The translations under genes and the position numbers were made by a program. A stretch of 64,000 nt of DNA from an uncultured Verrucomicrobiae bacterium. GTDB lineage: Bacteria > Verrucomicrobiota > Verrucomicrobiia > Limisphaerales > Palsa-1400. The stretch's first letter is position 1, and every line of letters begins with the position of its first letter. Of this stretch, positions 10,515 through 20,938 are shown piece by piece. The stretch spans positions 2,688,001-2,752,000 of the forward strand of contig OY969763.1 in NCBI GenBank assembly GCA_963702845.1, written 5' to 3'. The notes under the pieces were generated by a model. The model made no database searches. It was not told the DNA's origin and worked only from the letters and a program-made list of their open reading frames with translations.

Positions 10515-12698
10515 TTAAACCAGTCCCGACCATTTCCGACCAATCCAGTAGATCGTCAGCATCCCCAGCAATACCCCGCCCCACCACGGTTCGCTCCAGA
10601 TGCGGATGCGGTTTTCTTTTGGCTTGGGTTCCGGCAATAACGAAATCTGTTGGATGACTTTGTCGAAGTCATCGATCGAGTAACTCGCGCCATGCGTGAT
10701 AGAGGCGATTTCGGCGAGGAGTTGGCCGTTCACAGGTTCGCCGAGTTTTTCCAGGTTTGGACGTGCGACGAGGAGTTCGGTTTGAAGATGGCGCGAGTTT
10801 GGATCAGACGAGATTTCGATTTGGTATTTGCCCGATTCTTGCGGAACGAAACTGGATTTGAACACACCCCAACCGCCTTCAAGTTGAGTGAAGTCGAGAC
10901 GCTCGGCGCGGCCGTTAGGTGAAATGATTTTGCCGGTGACCGGCCCGTGTTCGATTGGGAAACCGGATGGGTCCATGACGGTGGCTTGCAGGAAAACGGT
11001 GTCGGCGGCTTGCGGCGTTTCGGGACTGTAGCTCAAACGAATGCCTTCTTTCTCCGACAAGTGCCGTTGATGCGCCATCCAACGGACGACCTGTCCCCAG
11101 AAACGATAGTGGAATTTATCTTCAACACCACGCCGCCAACGCCATGCGGCGTCGGTGCCGAGGAAGAGGACTTTGCCAGAACCTGCGCTACGAGTGACGA
11201 GCAGAGGGAGTCGGCCCCAGTTGTTGCGCATGGCGGAATGGACGGCGAGGACTTCAGAACCCGGCCGGCTTTTTTCGACAGCAGCGGACCAGAAGAAACC
11301 GGGCAGTTGTTTCCAAAGTTCGTCATTGCGGTTTTCGTCGGAGTCAAAGCGCGTGAGCCAATGACGTTTTCCTTCGCTGGTCAGGAGCAGGCTTGATTCG
11401 TTCTGCAGGCCGATGCCTTGCGGCTTGGACGCGTCGAGGACGACCGGCATCAGATCTTTGAGCGCGCTATTGGCCAAAGTTTGTTCGCGGCCGCGGCGAC
11501 CGGGAACAAACACCAGACCGCTGGATTGTTGTTCGACGAGGCCTTTGATCAGTTCGGCGTTTTGTTCGGTCAACTCACCCTGCCCCATTCCAACGTCGCC
11601 GAGAAAAATAACGTCGTAAGAGGAGATGGCTTCTTTGGTATTCGGAAATGAGGTGATGTAGTGCAGTCCGTCGCCGGGGCCGATGTCGGGATGGAACAGC
11701 AAACAATTCATATCCACGCCGGGATCGCGCGCGAGTGCGTTGCGCAGATATCGGTATTCCCAACGCGGCACGGAATCGACGACGAGCACTTTCAGTTTCT
11801 CAACGCGAATGGAGATGTGGAACGAACGCTCGTTATTTTCAGCGATCGCTTCGTCGGGCTGCACCGGAAGTTTCACTGTGGCGACAACTTCACCGACGGA
11901 CCGCGGCGCCCAGAGAATGGCTTCTTCCAGTTCACCCTTTGCCGGAATGGTGATGTCTTTCTTCGTTTCTTCACCGAACTGGTCGACGAGTGAAACGGAC
12001 GTTTTCACTTCGCGCGGCAGATGGCTGGTGATTTTGAATGGAATGGCGATTTCCTCGCCAAGCAATCCATAAGCGGGCGCAGAAACGCTGTCGAGCACGA
12101 GGTCAGCAACGGCTGCATCGCGTCCGACGCTTACGGTGAAAATTGGAATATTTTGTTCGCGATAGCGCGTGGCGGCGCCGAGCGGCGGCTTGCCGTAATT
12201 GGAATCACCGTCCGTCAGCAACAGAGCGGCTTTGAGATTCGGGTGACGGGTCAACGCGGTTTCCAATGCGTCGCCAATATCGGTTCCATTGACGGCGGTA
12301 GTGTTGGTTGATGGCGCGGAGAATTCTTCGACGCCAACCTTGGCGGTTTTCTCCAACGGTTTCCAGAACTGGCGCGCACGTTGTTGTTGTAGCCAATCGG
12401 CGCGGCTTTCGACTTTATTGGTCGCGAAGATGTCGCGCGTTTTCATGCTGTCGGACGAATCGATCAACACCGCGACTTCCGGAGCGTCTTTGCGCTCGAT
12501 GTGTTTGATGTATTCAGGACGCAACAGTGTGAACACGAGAAGTGTGATCAACAGCAGTCGAAGCGCTTCGAGTTTTCCGGAGACGCTTGGGTTTGGGCTG
12601 CGACGCCAGTTTGTGTAACAAAGCCACGCCGAACCGAGCCAGATGGCGAGGCCGATGAGCAGGACCGAAACTGGCGCGGCGATTGAGAGGTTGTTCAT
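10515..12698 (-). CDS. Membrane protein with vWA and glutamine-amidotransferase-like domains (BatA-operon associated)
   Basis: N-terminal TMs; LIDSSDSM MIDAS; LLTDG; PRWEYRYL; WRWR; C-terminal TM. Confidence 0.8.
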   Translation of the reverse strand: MNNLSIAAPVSVLLIGLAIWLGSAWLCYTNWRRSPNPSVSGKLEALRLLLITLLVFTLLRPEYIKHIERKDAPEVAVLIDSSDSMKTRDIFATNKVESRADWLQQQRARQFWKPLEKTAKVGVEEFSAPSTNTTAVNGTDIGDALETALTRHPNLKAALLLTDGDSNYGKPPLGAATRYREQNIPIFTVSVGRDAAVADLVLDSVSAPAYGLLGEEIAIPFKITSHLPREVKTSVSLVDQFGEETKKDITIPAKGELEEAILWAPRSVGEVVATVKLPVQPDEAIAENNERSFHISIRVEKLKVLVVDSVPRWEYRYLRNALARDPGVDMNCLLFHPDIGPGDGLHYITSFPNTKEAISSYDVIFLGDVGMGQGELTEQNAELIKGLVEQQSSGLVFVPGRRGREQTLANSALKDLMPVVLDASKPQGIGLQNESSLLLTSEGKRHWLTRFDSDENRNDELWKQLPGFFWSAAVEKSRPGSEVLAVHSAMRNNWGRLPLLVTRSAGSGKVLFLGTDAAWRWRRGVEDKFHYRFWGQVVRWMAHQRHLSEKEGIRLSYSPETPQAADTVFLQATVMDPSGFPIEHGPVTGKIISPNGRAERLDFTQLEGGWGVFKSSFVPQESGKYQIEISSDPNSRHLQTELLVARPNLEKLGEPVNGQLLAEIASITHGASYSIDDFDKVIQQISLLPEPKPKENRIRIWSEPWWGGVLLGMLTIYWIGRKWSGLV

Positions 12699-14712
12699 GC
12701 GACCTCCTCGAGTTTTCGCTCGCGCGAAGACGGCGCGCGCGGAGTCCGCTCGGAGCGGGACGTCCTACCTTGCGTGCGGGTAAAATCAAAATGCCTTCGC
12801 CAATCAGGAACAGGAGCATGATGACGAGGAAGACGCGCCAGATTTCGCCTTGAAGTTTGCTCAAGGGACTGCGGCGGTCTTGCATTGTTTGGAACGGCAG
12901 ATCGCCGAAGAGTTTGTGTGCTTGCTCGGTGTCGAGCACTTCGGGTTCATCTTCCGAAGCAGGACGGTTCACAGCGAGGAATCGATCACCAGCACGGTAA
13001 ACCCCAGCCTGCGTGAAAATATCTTTGTGCTGCGTCGAATCGACGTTGTCCCACTTCTTGCCCTGGTCGCTCGCGCTGAGTTCACCACAAGAGATGATCG
13101 AGGCTTGTTGCAGATGGCGCGAACCGGTCTGCACGAGGCGTTGCAACATCGGGACGAGGACGGGTCCGTCAGCGAGACTGGACCAATTGTAATTTGGCAA
13201 CGTGGCGCAAAAGTAAACTTCACCTTTGCCGAGGCTTTGGCGGACGAGGAAGGCGGCACCGTCTTCGAATGCGGCAACGGCATTTTTCTGACCTGTGATG
13301 AGTTGGCGTTTTTGGACAGCGGTTTGACCGAGAGGCAGGCTCGCACGTTCGTCCGTTTTGGCGAGCGGGCCTTGATCTTCGTCCCAGTGGGCGATGCGGA
13401 AATTCTTGTCGGCTTCGGCGGACTCAACTGTCCCCCACCCCAGGCCGTTGAATTGTTGTGAATCAGGTTGGCCAGGCGGCAAGAAGACAACGACTCCGCC
13501 ATCTTGAACGAACGTGCGCAATGTGTCGGCGGTCGGGCCGGTTGGAAGCGGTTGTTGCCAGACCAGCAGAGAATCTTTGGACAGATCGAGTGAAGCAAGA
13601 TTATCGGCGGTGAGCGCTTGTGCGGGCTTGCCGTTTTGACTAGCGGCGAACGGCAGGACACGAGCGGCTTCTTCATCGCTGGCGATCACAGCAGCGCGCG
13701 CGACGATTTCGGGGCCATAGACAAAATAGGCGGTGTTGTTGCGCGGGTTGGCATCAGCGGGAATTTCGAAGCTGCCCCAACCGCCGTTGGTGCGATTGCC
13801 GAGATCGATGCGATGACGCCATCGCAACGATTGGCCTTCGATGGCGATCTCGGATTGGGAGCGTGCGCCGTCCAAGGTGATGGAAACCGGGAGAGTCTGC
13901 TTTGAACCCGCTTGCTCACGCGCGCGGCTCTGTTGGAGGTCGAGGACGAACTGGAGTTCGGATTTGTCACCGCGTTGGCGTCGGGTGACTTCGTTTAAAG
14001 CAATGGCGGTGTCGTTGCCAGGCGCTTCGGCGACGCTCAGCAATCGGATCCGCACTTTCTGCGAGAGCGAAGTCAATTGAGAGACGACGTTTTTCCAGCG
14101 AGCATCGTCCGGATGCCAATCGGTTTTTTGGAGATCGGAGGCGATCCAGATTTCAGCGGTGCCGGCGCGGTTTTCGATCAACCAATTAAACGCGGATCGC
14201 AACATGGCCGGAATGTCGGCGGCAGTGTCGGTCGGTTGGGTCAGGGACAGGTCGGTTAAATTTGCGGCTTTGGCGATTTCCTGGGCGTTGCGCGTGGCGC
14301 TGTCGATCAGGACCAAATGGCTGGTGTCCTGGTATTGTTTGGCGGCGTCGGCGAGGAGTTTGAGTGCTTGTTCGCGTTTGGTCGCGCCGTTGGCTTTGCC
14401 CTCCATGCTGGCGCTGCGATCGAGCAGGATGACGATGGCATCAGGCGCGGGTGACAATGCCCAACCGAGCCAGCCGCCGGCTAATGGGCGCGCGATGAAG
14501 AAGATGAGCATCGCGACGGCCAGGACGCGAAAGAGCAAAATCAAAAATTGTTTGAGCTTGGTGTTGCTGACTGAGCTGCGCGTTGCGGCGATCAAAAAGC
14601 GCATGGCAGCCCAATACTGCGGGCGGTGGCGCATGCGATTCAGGAAATGAATCAGCACGGGCAACAGGATGAGCGGCAAGCCCCAGAGGATGAAGGGTTG
14701 GAGGAAAGTCAT
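12695..14712 (-). CDS. BatA domain + vWA protein, probable frameshift in the last ~25 codons
   Basis: MTFLQP..LPVLIHFLNR (BatA); LLDRSASM. The track ORF runs to 12514, overlapping the next gene by 185 nt; an alternative frame ends ERKLEEVA* with an ATGA overlap at 12695-12698. Confidence 0.8.
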
Positions 14713-14715
14713 TTA

Positions 14716-14788
14716 AACCTCCAAACTCCAACCCGAACGTCGGGCTTGCGAACCAAACTCCAAAGAAGCTCCAAACACCAAGCTCCAA
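14716..14788. repeat. Degenerate (A)CTCCAA short tandem repeats
   Basis: aaacctccaaactccaa...aaactccaaagaagctccaaacaccaagctccaa. Confidence 0.6.
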
Positions 14789-14870
14789 TTAAATGTGACA
14801 CAATCGCGGACATCGCAAACTTCACCAGCTTAACGCACGAACCGTCTGAGAACACATGCAAAATTTTAAT

Positions 14871-14920
14871 TTGAGTGCCGTTTGGTGCCGATTGCTGCCG
14901 TTTACTACCGTTTGCTGCCG
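14871..14920. repeat. 5 x 10-bp degenerate tandem array
   Basis: ttgagtgccg tttggtgccg attgctgccg tttactaccg tttgctgccg. Confidence 0.75.
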
Positions 14921-14980
14921 GATTGATGGGTTGAGCTTTTTTAATATTGGTGCGGATAGGTGCAATACTTTTTTATTTTG

Positions 14981-15020
14981 GTTTGAATTCCTTTGAATTG
15001 CTTTGAAATGGTTTGAAAAC
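14981..15020. repeat. 4 x 10-bp degenerate tandem array
   Basis: gtttgaattc ctttgaattg ctttgaaatg gtttgaaaac. Confidence 0.7.
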
Positions 15021-15577
15021 CACCAGGCGTCGAACATACCCCCGCCTACCTCCTCTGGAGCCATCACGCCGTCCCAAGGGCTGTCGTTATTGATGTTTTT
15101 TGGGTTTTGACCCGCCACGTGGGACGGCCCGCCGCCGTCACGGCGGAAATCCGACGCCCCAATTTCGAAATTCGAAACAGAGCAGAGGAAAAAACAGGGG
15201 AAAAATAATTCTTTTTTTAAACCGGTATTAGCCGGTGCAAGTCGATACCAACCGGTACCCGAATGTCGGGCTCGCATCACCTCGGAGAGCAAAATCGCTA
15301 CTTTCGTTGCTTTTGCAGCAACGAAGGCGATTTGCGTTCGCGATGGCGTTCCGGACATTTGCACTGGTTACCTTTCTGTTCATTTCTTTGACCGACACAC
15401 ACGTGTCGACCGAGTAGGATTGTGGAGTGAAGTTGCTTTCCCGTCAAGGTGTGAATAACAACGGATTTCGCGGATAACCCCCGGATGAAAAAAAGAACAA
15501 AAGGCAACGAAGTTAACAAAGAAGATAAAAGCAAAGAGACACGGACTTCACCATTTTCACGTTATTGAAAAAATTAT

Positions 15578-15621
15578 TTGCATTCGTTTTGGTTCGTTCT
15601 ATCTTCAACCATATGGTTGAA
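15578..15621 (+). promoter_or_regulatory. Sigma70-like promoter plus perfect 18-bp palindromic operator over the ArsR start codon
   Basis: TTGCAT-16nt-TATCTT; TTCAACCATATGGTTGAA at 15604-15621 contains ATG 15613. Confidence 0.75.
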
Positions 15622-15969
15622 TATAAATCCAGGGTGTTGGATCGAACCTTTGGGGCATTGGCGGATCCGACGCGACGCCGCATCCTGGCGCAGTTAATGA
15701 ACGGTGACAGGTGCGTCACGGACCTGGCGCGACCGCATGCGATGTCGTTGGCGGCGGTTTCGAAGCATTTGATTGTTTTGGAGAAGGCGGGATTGGTGAA
15801 GCGGCATCGCAAGGGACGGGTGCATTCGTTGGAACTGGAAGCGAAACCGATGCAAGAGGCGCAAGCCTGGCTCGACCGGTATCGCAAGTTCTGGGAGAGC
15901 AACTTGGATCAGTTCGAGAAATATTTGGACACACTACAAAAGAAAGAAAACAAACATGACAAACTTTGA
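15613..15969 (+). CDS. ArsR/SmtB family transcriptional regulator
   Basis: FGALADPTRRRIL, VSKHLIVLEKAGLV; ATG 15613 preferred to TTG 15565. Confidence 0.92.
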   Translation: MVEYKSRVLDRTFGALADPTRRRILAQLMNGDRCVTDLARPHAMSLAAVSKHLIVLEKAGLVKRHRKGRVHSLELEAKPMQEAQAWLDRYRKFWESNLDQFEKYLDTLQKKENKHDKL

Positions 15970-16438
15970 CGTGCAGAAGCCGGATAATGCGACATTAGTC
16001 CTGAGACGGTTGTTGAACGCGACTCCGGAGCGGGCGTTTGAGGCGTGGATATCGCCGGAACATATTCAGCAGTGGATGCGCCCGCACGGGGAGACGACGG
16101 TTACGGTGGCGAAGGTGGATTTGCGAGTGGGTGGGAAATTTCGCATCCAGACGAGGAAAGTCGACGGGGAATATTTTACAGCAGTCGGCGAATTCAAAGA
16201 GGTGAAGCCACCGGAGCGACTGGTTTATACGTGGGATTGGGAAAAGGACGGGAGCGGCACGGAGTTTGGCGAGGTTGAAGGCAAGACCTCGCAGTTAACG
16301 GTGGAGTTCTTGAGGCGGGGCACCAAGACGGAATTCATTTTGACGCACACCCGATTCGCCACGGTGGAGAGCCGAGACAATCACGCGAGCGGATGGAGCC
16401 AGTTGACGGAGAGTTTTGCGAAGTTGGTGGAGGGGTGA
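15956..16438 (+). CDS. SRPBCC (AHSA1-like) domain protein
   Basis: ATPERAFEAW, DLRVGGKF, PPERLVYTW, HASGW; typical partner of ArsR. Confidence 0.9.
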   Translation: MTNFDVQKPDNATLVLRRLLNATPERAFEAWISPEHIQQWMRPHGETTVTVAKVDLRVGGKFRIQTRKVDGEYFTAVGEFKEVKPPERLVYTWDWEKDGSGTEFGEVEGKTSQLTVEFLRRGTKTEFILTHTRFATVESRDNHASGWSQLTESFAKLVEG

Positions 16439-16518
16439 CCGCAACTGCATTGCTCGACATTAATCAGGGTTCAGTATTCAGCGTGCAGCCCGCACTGGTT
16501 TAGGCACAATCGGGTCAC

Positions 16519-17334
16519 ATGTTTGAAGTGCAGCACATCACGTCGTTTGATTTGCCGGAGCTGGCGCCGTATCGGACGATGCGGTTTCAACTGGAACAGC
16601 GGCAACAGGGAATCTTTATCGCCGAAAGCGAAAAGGTGACGCGACGGCTGCTCGCCAGCGAGTTGCCGGTGTTGTCGGTGATCATTCCAGACACGATGAT
16701 TGAAGACTTTAGGGAGGCGTTGGAAAAACGGCCGGAAGTGGTCCGGGTTTATTGCGCGCCGAAGTCGGTGCTGGAACAACTGACGGGTTACGAAATGTAT
16801 CAAGGCATTTTGGCGGTGGGCAGAGTGCCGGAGAGAACGACGCTGGATTCGGTGTTAAGTAATTCGCGTGGACCTGTGCTGTTAGCGGCAGCGGATGGGA
16901 TCGGGAATTCGCAAAACCTCGGCGTGCTCGTGCGCAATAGCGCCGCGTTCTCGGCGAATGCGTTGTTGGTCGGTGAAACTTCGTGCAGTCCGTTTTTGCG
17001 GCGGGCGGTTGCGGCGTCGATGGGGACGATTTTTCAGTTGCCGGCAATTGATTCGGAAAATTTGGCAGAGACGATCAAAGAATTACGCGCACGGGGGGTT
17101 CGTTGTATCGCGGCGCATCCGCACATTGATAAACGCACGTTGCCGCAGGCGGATTTTACTCAGAGTTGTTGCATTGTATTTGGAAACGAAGGGCAAGGGA
17201 TCAGGCCGCAAATTTTGGAAGTGTGTGATGAGGCAGTGGCGATTCCGATGCCAGCGGAGGTGGATTCGTTGAATGTGGGGAGTGCGAGTGCGGTGTTTTT
17301 GTATGAGGCGGCGAGGCAGAGGGGAAAAGTGTGA
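16519..17334 (+). CDS. TrmH/SpoU family RNA methyltransferase
   Basis: NLGVLVRN, VFGNEGQG, IPM...DSLNVGSA. Confidence 0.9.
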   Translation: MFEVQHITSFDLPELAPYRTMRFQLEQRQQGIFIAESEKVTRRLLASELPVLSVIIPDTMIEDFREALEKRPEVVRVYCAPKSVLEQLTGYEMYQGILAVGRVPERTTLDSVLSNSRGPVLLAAADGIGNSQNLGVLVRNSAAFSANALLVGETSCSPFLRRAVAASMGTIFQLPAIDSENLAETIKELRARGVRCIAAHPHIDKRTLPQADFTQSCCIVFGNEGQGIRPQILEVCDEAVAIPMPAEVDSLNVGSASAVFLYEAARQRGKV

Positions 17335-17389
17335 ATGCTGAAGGCTGAACTCGGCGGAAAAGACTCGGAAGCAAGCAGTCGTTGCAATG

Positions 17390-19375
17390 TTAGTGGCGGT
17401 CACATTCGAAGGCTCCGATGTCGGAGGCGTCGCCGTCATTTGATGGCGCAGATTGAAAACGGACGGGACGGCGATGAGCTCTTTGATCGGTTTTCAGGCC
17501 TAAGCTGTTGCCCTGATCGATTGCAGGACTGCCGGGGAGTAGCGCGTGGGTCGGTGTTGGGCCGCCGTTCATTTGGAGTGGGCCAAGCAGTGGATCGAGT
17601 GGAGTTGCGGAATTGCCGAAGAGGTCGCGATCGGTCAGACCTGTGCTGTTGTCGGCATTGCCGGTGAGATTGAAACCTAGCGATGTCAATGTGCCGGAAA
17701 GGTCTTCGCCAGATCCGGTGAAACCGGCAGGACCAACAGTGTTTGTTATTTCGAACGTTTCAGTGTTGGTGTTCAAAGAAAAAGTGGTTCCCGGCCCGCC
17801 AGTGCCGCCATTTCCGGTGCTGTTTAAACCAATTAAGCTGTTGCCGATGTTTGGAGGAATGTCGGCTACGGTAAAAATGCCACCCCCATTACCGCCGTTG
17901 CCGCAACTACCGCCAATAGAATTTGGAGGGTCGTATATTGTAAATGAGCCCCAAGCGGTTCCCGCTCCACCGGCACCACCGAAACTAGTACCGTTACTAC
18001 ATACTGTGCATGAAATTGCGGTTAAAATACCAGTATTGTAAATTCCACCACCGGGCCCGCCGTCACCGCCGGACGCGCCACTGGGAAAGCTTCCCGCACC
18101 GCCGTTCCCTCCTGAACCTGTCAGGTTCCCGCTAATTGTGCAGTTGGTTAGAGCCAAATTACCGGCACTATAGATAGCTCCGCCGCCGCCGCCGGTTCCA
18201 CCGTTTACACCGGTGCGAGCACCGCTACCACCAGCGCCGCCGCTGCCAGTAGAGTTCGCGAACAATGTGCAGCCAGTGAGATTGAGTGTTCCGAAATTAC
18301 AGATTGCGCCACCGGAACCTCCACCGCCAGGAGCGCCACCGAAAAAGCCGGATGATGCACCAGGGCCGCCGTTTCCACAGCGGTTGCTGCAGAAGATCGA
18401 ACTTATAAGGGTAAGCGTTCCGAGGTTGTAGATTCCGCCGCCATTTCCACCAGAGCCAGCCGGTCCTCCGGGAGTAAAGGCGTCGCTAACACCCGGCTGG
18501 GTACCACCAGCGCCGTCGGTGCAGGTATTGCCTCGCAGTGTGCTGTTGATGATTCGCAATTGGCCTTGGTTATAAATCCCTGCCCCATTGCCGCCGTTCA
18601 TTCCTAGTCCAACACCGGGAATTGTTTGCGATGCGGCGCAGGAATTCGCTTCGACGAAGCAGGAGTCCAAAAAGGCGATGCCGGAATTCCACAGGCCGCC
18701 GCCACCGAGGTTTGAGAAGCCACCGCAAGCGTTGGAACTAACGATGGTATGAGACATGACGAGGGTCCCGATGTTAAAGATACCGCCACCGTCGCCGCCC
18801 GGCGGCTGGCCGGCGTTGCCTTCGGCGTAGCCGCCACTGCCGCTGGTGTTGCCGACGATGATGCAGTTGGCGAGGCTAAGGGTGCCTTCGTTATACAATG
18901 CTCCGCCGGGGTCGCCGCTCGACGACCAACTCTGCCCTGACGCCGCTTGCGCGCCAGTAATACGAATGTTGGATAGTAACAATCTTCCGCCTTTGTGAAC
19001 GTGGAAAGCGCGGTCGCCCAAGCCTCTCGCGTCGATGATTGCCAGTCCGCGATATCCGCTGATGACGATGTCGCCGTGAATGTCGAGGTCGCCACGAGTG
19101 GACTGGTTTTCGTGTGCGCCGGGGATCGTCAAGGCGTAATGCTTGCCGGGTTGGAGGAGGATGACGATTCGTTTGTGTGCGACGTTGGCTGCGAGGATTG
19201 CGGCGCGCAGGGTTCCAGGTTGATAGCCATCTGCGGTGGTGGAGACGATGATGGTGTTGCCATAATTCATAGCGATGGCCGGCGTCTTAGTAATCGATAG
19301 GAACGTTAGTGCAACGGTGAGAAATGTGAGCGAAATTTTCAGTTTTTTGTGTTTTGGGTGTGATCGGATACGCAT
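17390..19375 (-). CDS. Gly-rich secreted beta-helix protein (CSLREA-like N-terminus, choice-of-anchor Q C-terminus)
   Basis: GTLRAAI; repeated GGGIYN.GTL.L; C-terminal DPLLGPLQMNGGPTPTHALLPGSPAID...DQR...DIGAFE; start uncertain. Confidence 0.8.
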   Translation of the reverse strand: MRIRSHPKHKKLKISLTFLTVALTFLSITKTPAIAMNYGNTIIVSTTADGYQPGTLRAAILAANVAHKRIVILLQPGKHYALTIPGAHENQSTRGDLDIHGDIVISGYRGLAIIDARGLGDRAFHVHKGGRLLLSNIRITGAQAASGQSWSSSGDPGGALYNEGTLSLANCIIVGNTSGSGGYAEGNAGQPPGGDGGGIFNIGTLVMSHTIVSSNACGGFSNLGGGGLWNSGIAFLDSCFVEANSCAASQTIPGVGLGMNGGNGAGIYNQGQLRIINSTLRGNTCTDGAGGTQPGVSDAFTPGGPAGSGGNGGGIYNLGTLTLISSIFCSNRCGNGGPGASSGFFGGAPGGGGSGGAICNFGTLNLTGCTLFANSTGSGGAGGSGARTGVNGGTGGGGGAIYSAGNLALTNCTISGNLTGSGGNGGAGSFPSGASGGDGGPGGGIYNTGILTAISCTVCSNGTSFGGAGGAGTAWGSFTIYDPPNSIGGSCGNGGNGGGIFTVADIPPNIGNSLIGLNSTGNGGTGGPGTTFSLNTNTETFEITNTVGPAGFTGSGEDLSGTLTSLGFNLTGNADNSTGLTDRDLFGNSATPLDPLLGPLQMNGGPTPTHALLPGSPAIDQGNSLGLKTDQRAHRRPVRFQSAPSNDGDASDIGAFECDRH

Positions 19376-19511
19376 GGGATGGTTATTCGCCAGAGTCAAG
19401 CAGCGTAGAATGGCGAGTCGCGCGAGGCAAGACGGCAATGTCAGGGCGGGTTGTTAATCACACCCTCGGGAACCATTCGATCGTTACGGAATGCGTCGTA
19501 ACGATTGGCGA

Positions 19512-20237
19512 CTATAGGCCGAAGATGCTTTTGAACATGGACCAGACGCCTAAACGCTTTAGGCGTTCGATGGAGTGAGTCGGTGAGATGCCGCGGGGGC
19601 AGACGTCGCGGCAGTTGCCCAAGGTGTGGCAACGGAAAGCGCCGTCTTCTTGGGTGACTAACTTCAAACGCTCGTCGCGTTTTCCGTCACGTGGGTCGGT
19701 GACTAGACTCAAGGCGCGATTGAGAGCCATGGGGCCGACATAGCGCGGGTTGAGTGTCACCAGGGTGCAGCTTGAATAACAGGCGCCGCAATCGATGCAT
19801 TGTGGTTGGTTGTTGAGCGCTTTGCCTTCTTTGCTCGCGTGCGGGATTTTGTAGAAATCGTTTTTGTCGAGGTCTGCGCGCGGGACGAAATAGGGCATCG
19901 TCCGTTGATAAGCGCTGAAGAACGGTTTGAGATCGACGGCGAGGTCGCGCACAACGGGCAAGTTGCGCAACGGTTGAATTTTTAGATCGTAGCCGACCGT
20001 TTTGATAAGCGTGCTGCAGGTGAGGCGTTCTTTGCCGTTCACGACCATGGCGCATGAACCGCACATGCCGACGCGACAGGAAAACCGAAAGGCGAGGTCG
20101 GGAACGGGGCCGCGTTGCAAAGCGAAGAGCGCGTCGAGGATGCTGGCGCGTTCGCTGACTTCCACTTCGTGCCGGTCGAATGTGGCAGGCTCCCCTGCTT
20201 TGGCGGAGCGTTGGATGGACACGGCAACTGTCGGCAT
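19512..20237 (-). CDS. sdhB: Succinate dehydrogenase / fumarate reductase iron-sulfur subunit (orphan)
   Basis: SCRVGMCGSC (2Fe-2S), CIDCGACYSSC (4Fe-4S), CHTLGNCRDVCP (3Fe-4S). Confidence 0.88.
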   Translation of the reverse strand: MPTVAVSIQRSAKAGEPATFDRHEVEVSERASILDALFALQRGPVPDLAFRFSCRVGMCGSCAMVVNGKERLTCSTLIKTVGYDLKIQPLRNLPVVRDLAVDLKPFFSAYQRTMPYFVPRADLDKNDFYKIPHASKEGKALNNQPQCIDCGACYSSCTLVTLNPRYVGPMALNRALSLVTDPRDGKRDERLKLVTQEDGAFRCHTLGNCRDVCPRGISPTHSIERLKRLGVWSMFKSIFGL

Positions 20238-20415
20238 GTTTCAGATGTTAGCGAAGAACGCGCGGAATTGGCGAGTGTTTTTGGCTTATCGGAAAATTCC
20301 CGATTTCTGGGATTGGACAATTGCTCATTTTGGAGTTTAATTTGACTGACGGTTGGAAGCTGACTTTCGCCGGTTGTCGCGCGGAAGCAACCCTTTGATA
20401 CTGGACAATAAGTTC

Positions 20416-20877
20416 ATGAACAATCCGGCTAAAGTTGTCATTCTTATCGCTGAAGACAGCGAAGACGACCGGTTTATGTACGGGCGCGCCCTTGAGAAAA
20501 TCGGTTTCAAAAACGTGCGTTTTGTGCCTGACGGCGAAGAGGCCATTCTCTACCTTCGCGGCGAAGGCAAGTATGCCGATCGCAACGAGTATCCATTCCC
20601 GAACTGGATGATTGTTGATTTGAAGATGCCGCGGAAAAACGGATTCGAGATTTTGCAATGGGTCCGGGCACATTCGGAATGCGCGGTGATCCCGACAATC
20701 ATCCTGTCGTCGTCGATGATTCCGGCCGACGTGAAGCGCGCGTATGAGTTGGGGGTGAACACGTTTTTCAGCAAGCCGCACGGTCAAACTGAGCTGACGA
20801 CACTGTTTCAAGAATTGCTCGGCTATTGGTGCAAAGCTGAAGTCCCCGCTTCGCCGCCAGCCAGCAAATGCCAGTGA
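20416..20877 (+). CDS. Single-domain response regulator (Rcp-like)
   Basis: ILIAEDSEDD, VDLKMPRKNGFE, AYELGVNTFFSKP. Confidence 0.9.
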   Translation: MNNPAKVVILIAEDSEDDRFMYGRALEKIGFKNVRFVPDGEEAILYLRGEGKYADRNEYPFPNWMIVDLKMPRKNGFEILQWVRAHSECAVIPTIILSSSMIPADVKRAYELGVNTFFSKPHGQTELTTLFQELLGYWCKAEVPASPPASKCQ

Positions 20878-20938
20878 GAGCGGTGCCGATTCCCAATTGC
20901 ACAGATAGGCCCATTCTACTATTGTGCCTTAGATTCTT

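Noticed and set aside
14822..15534. ORFs of 180, 60 and 78 aa in the batA-arsR gap
   Set aside because: No recognisable motifs; they run through repeats and A/T tracts
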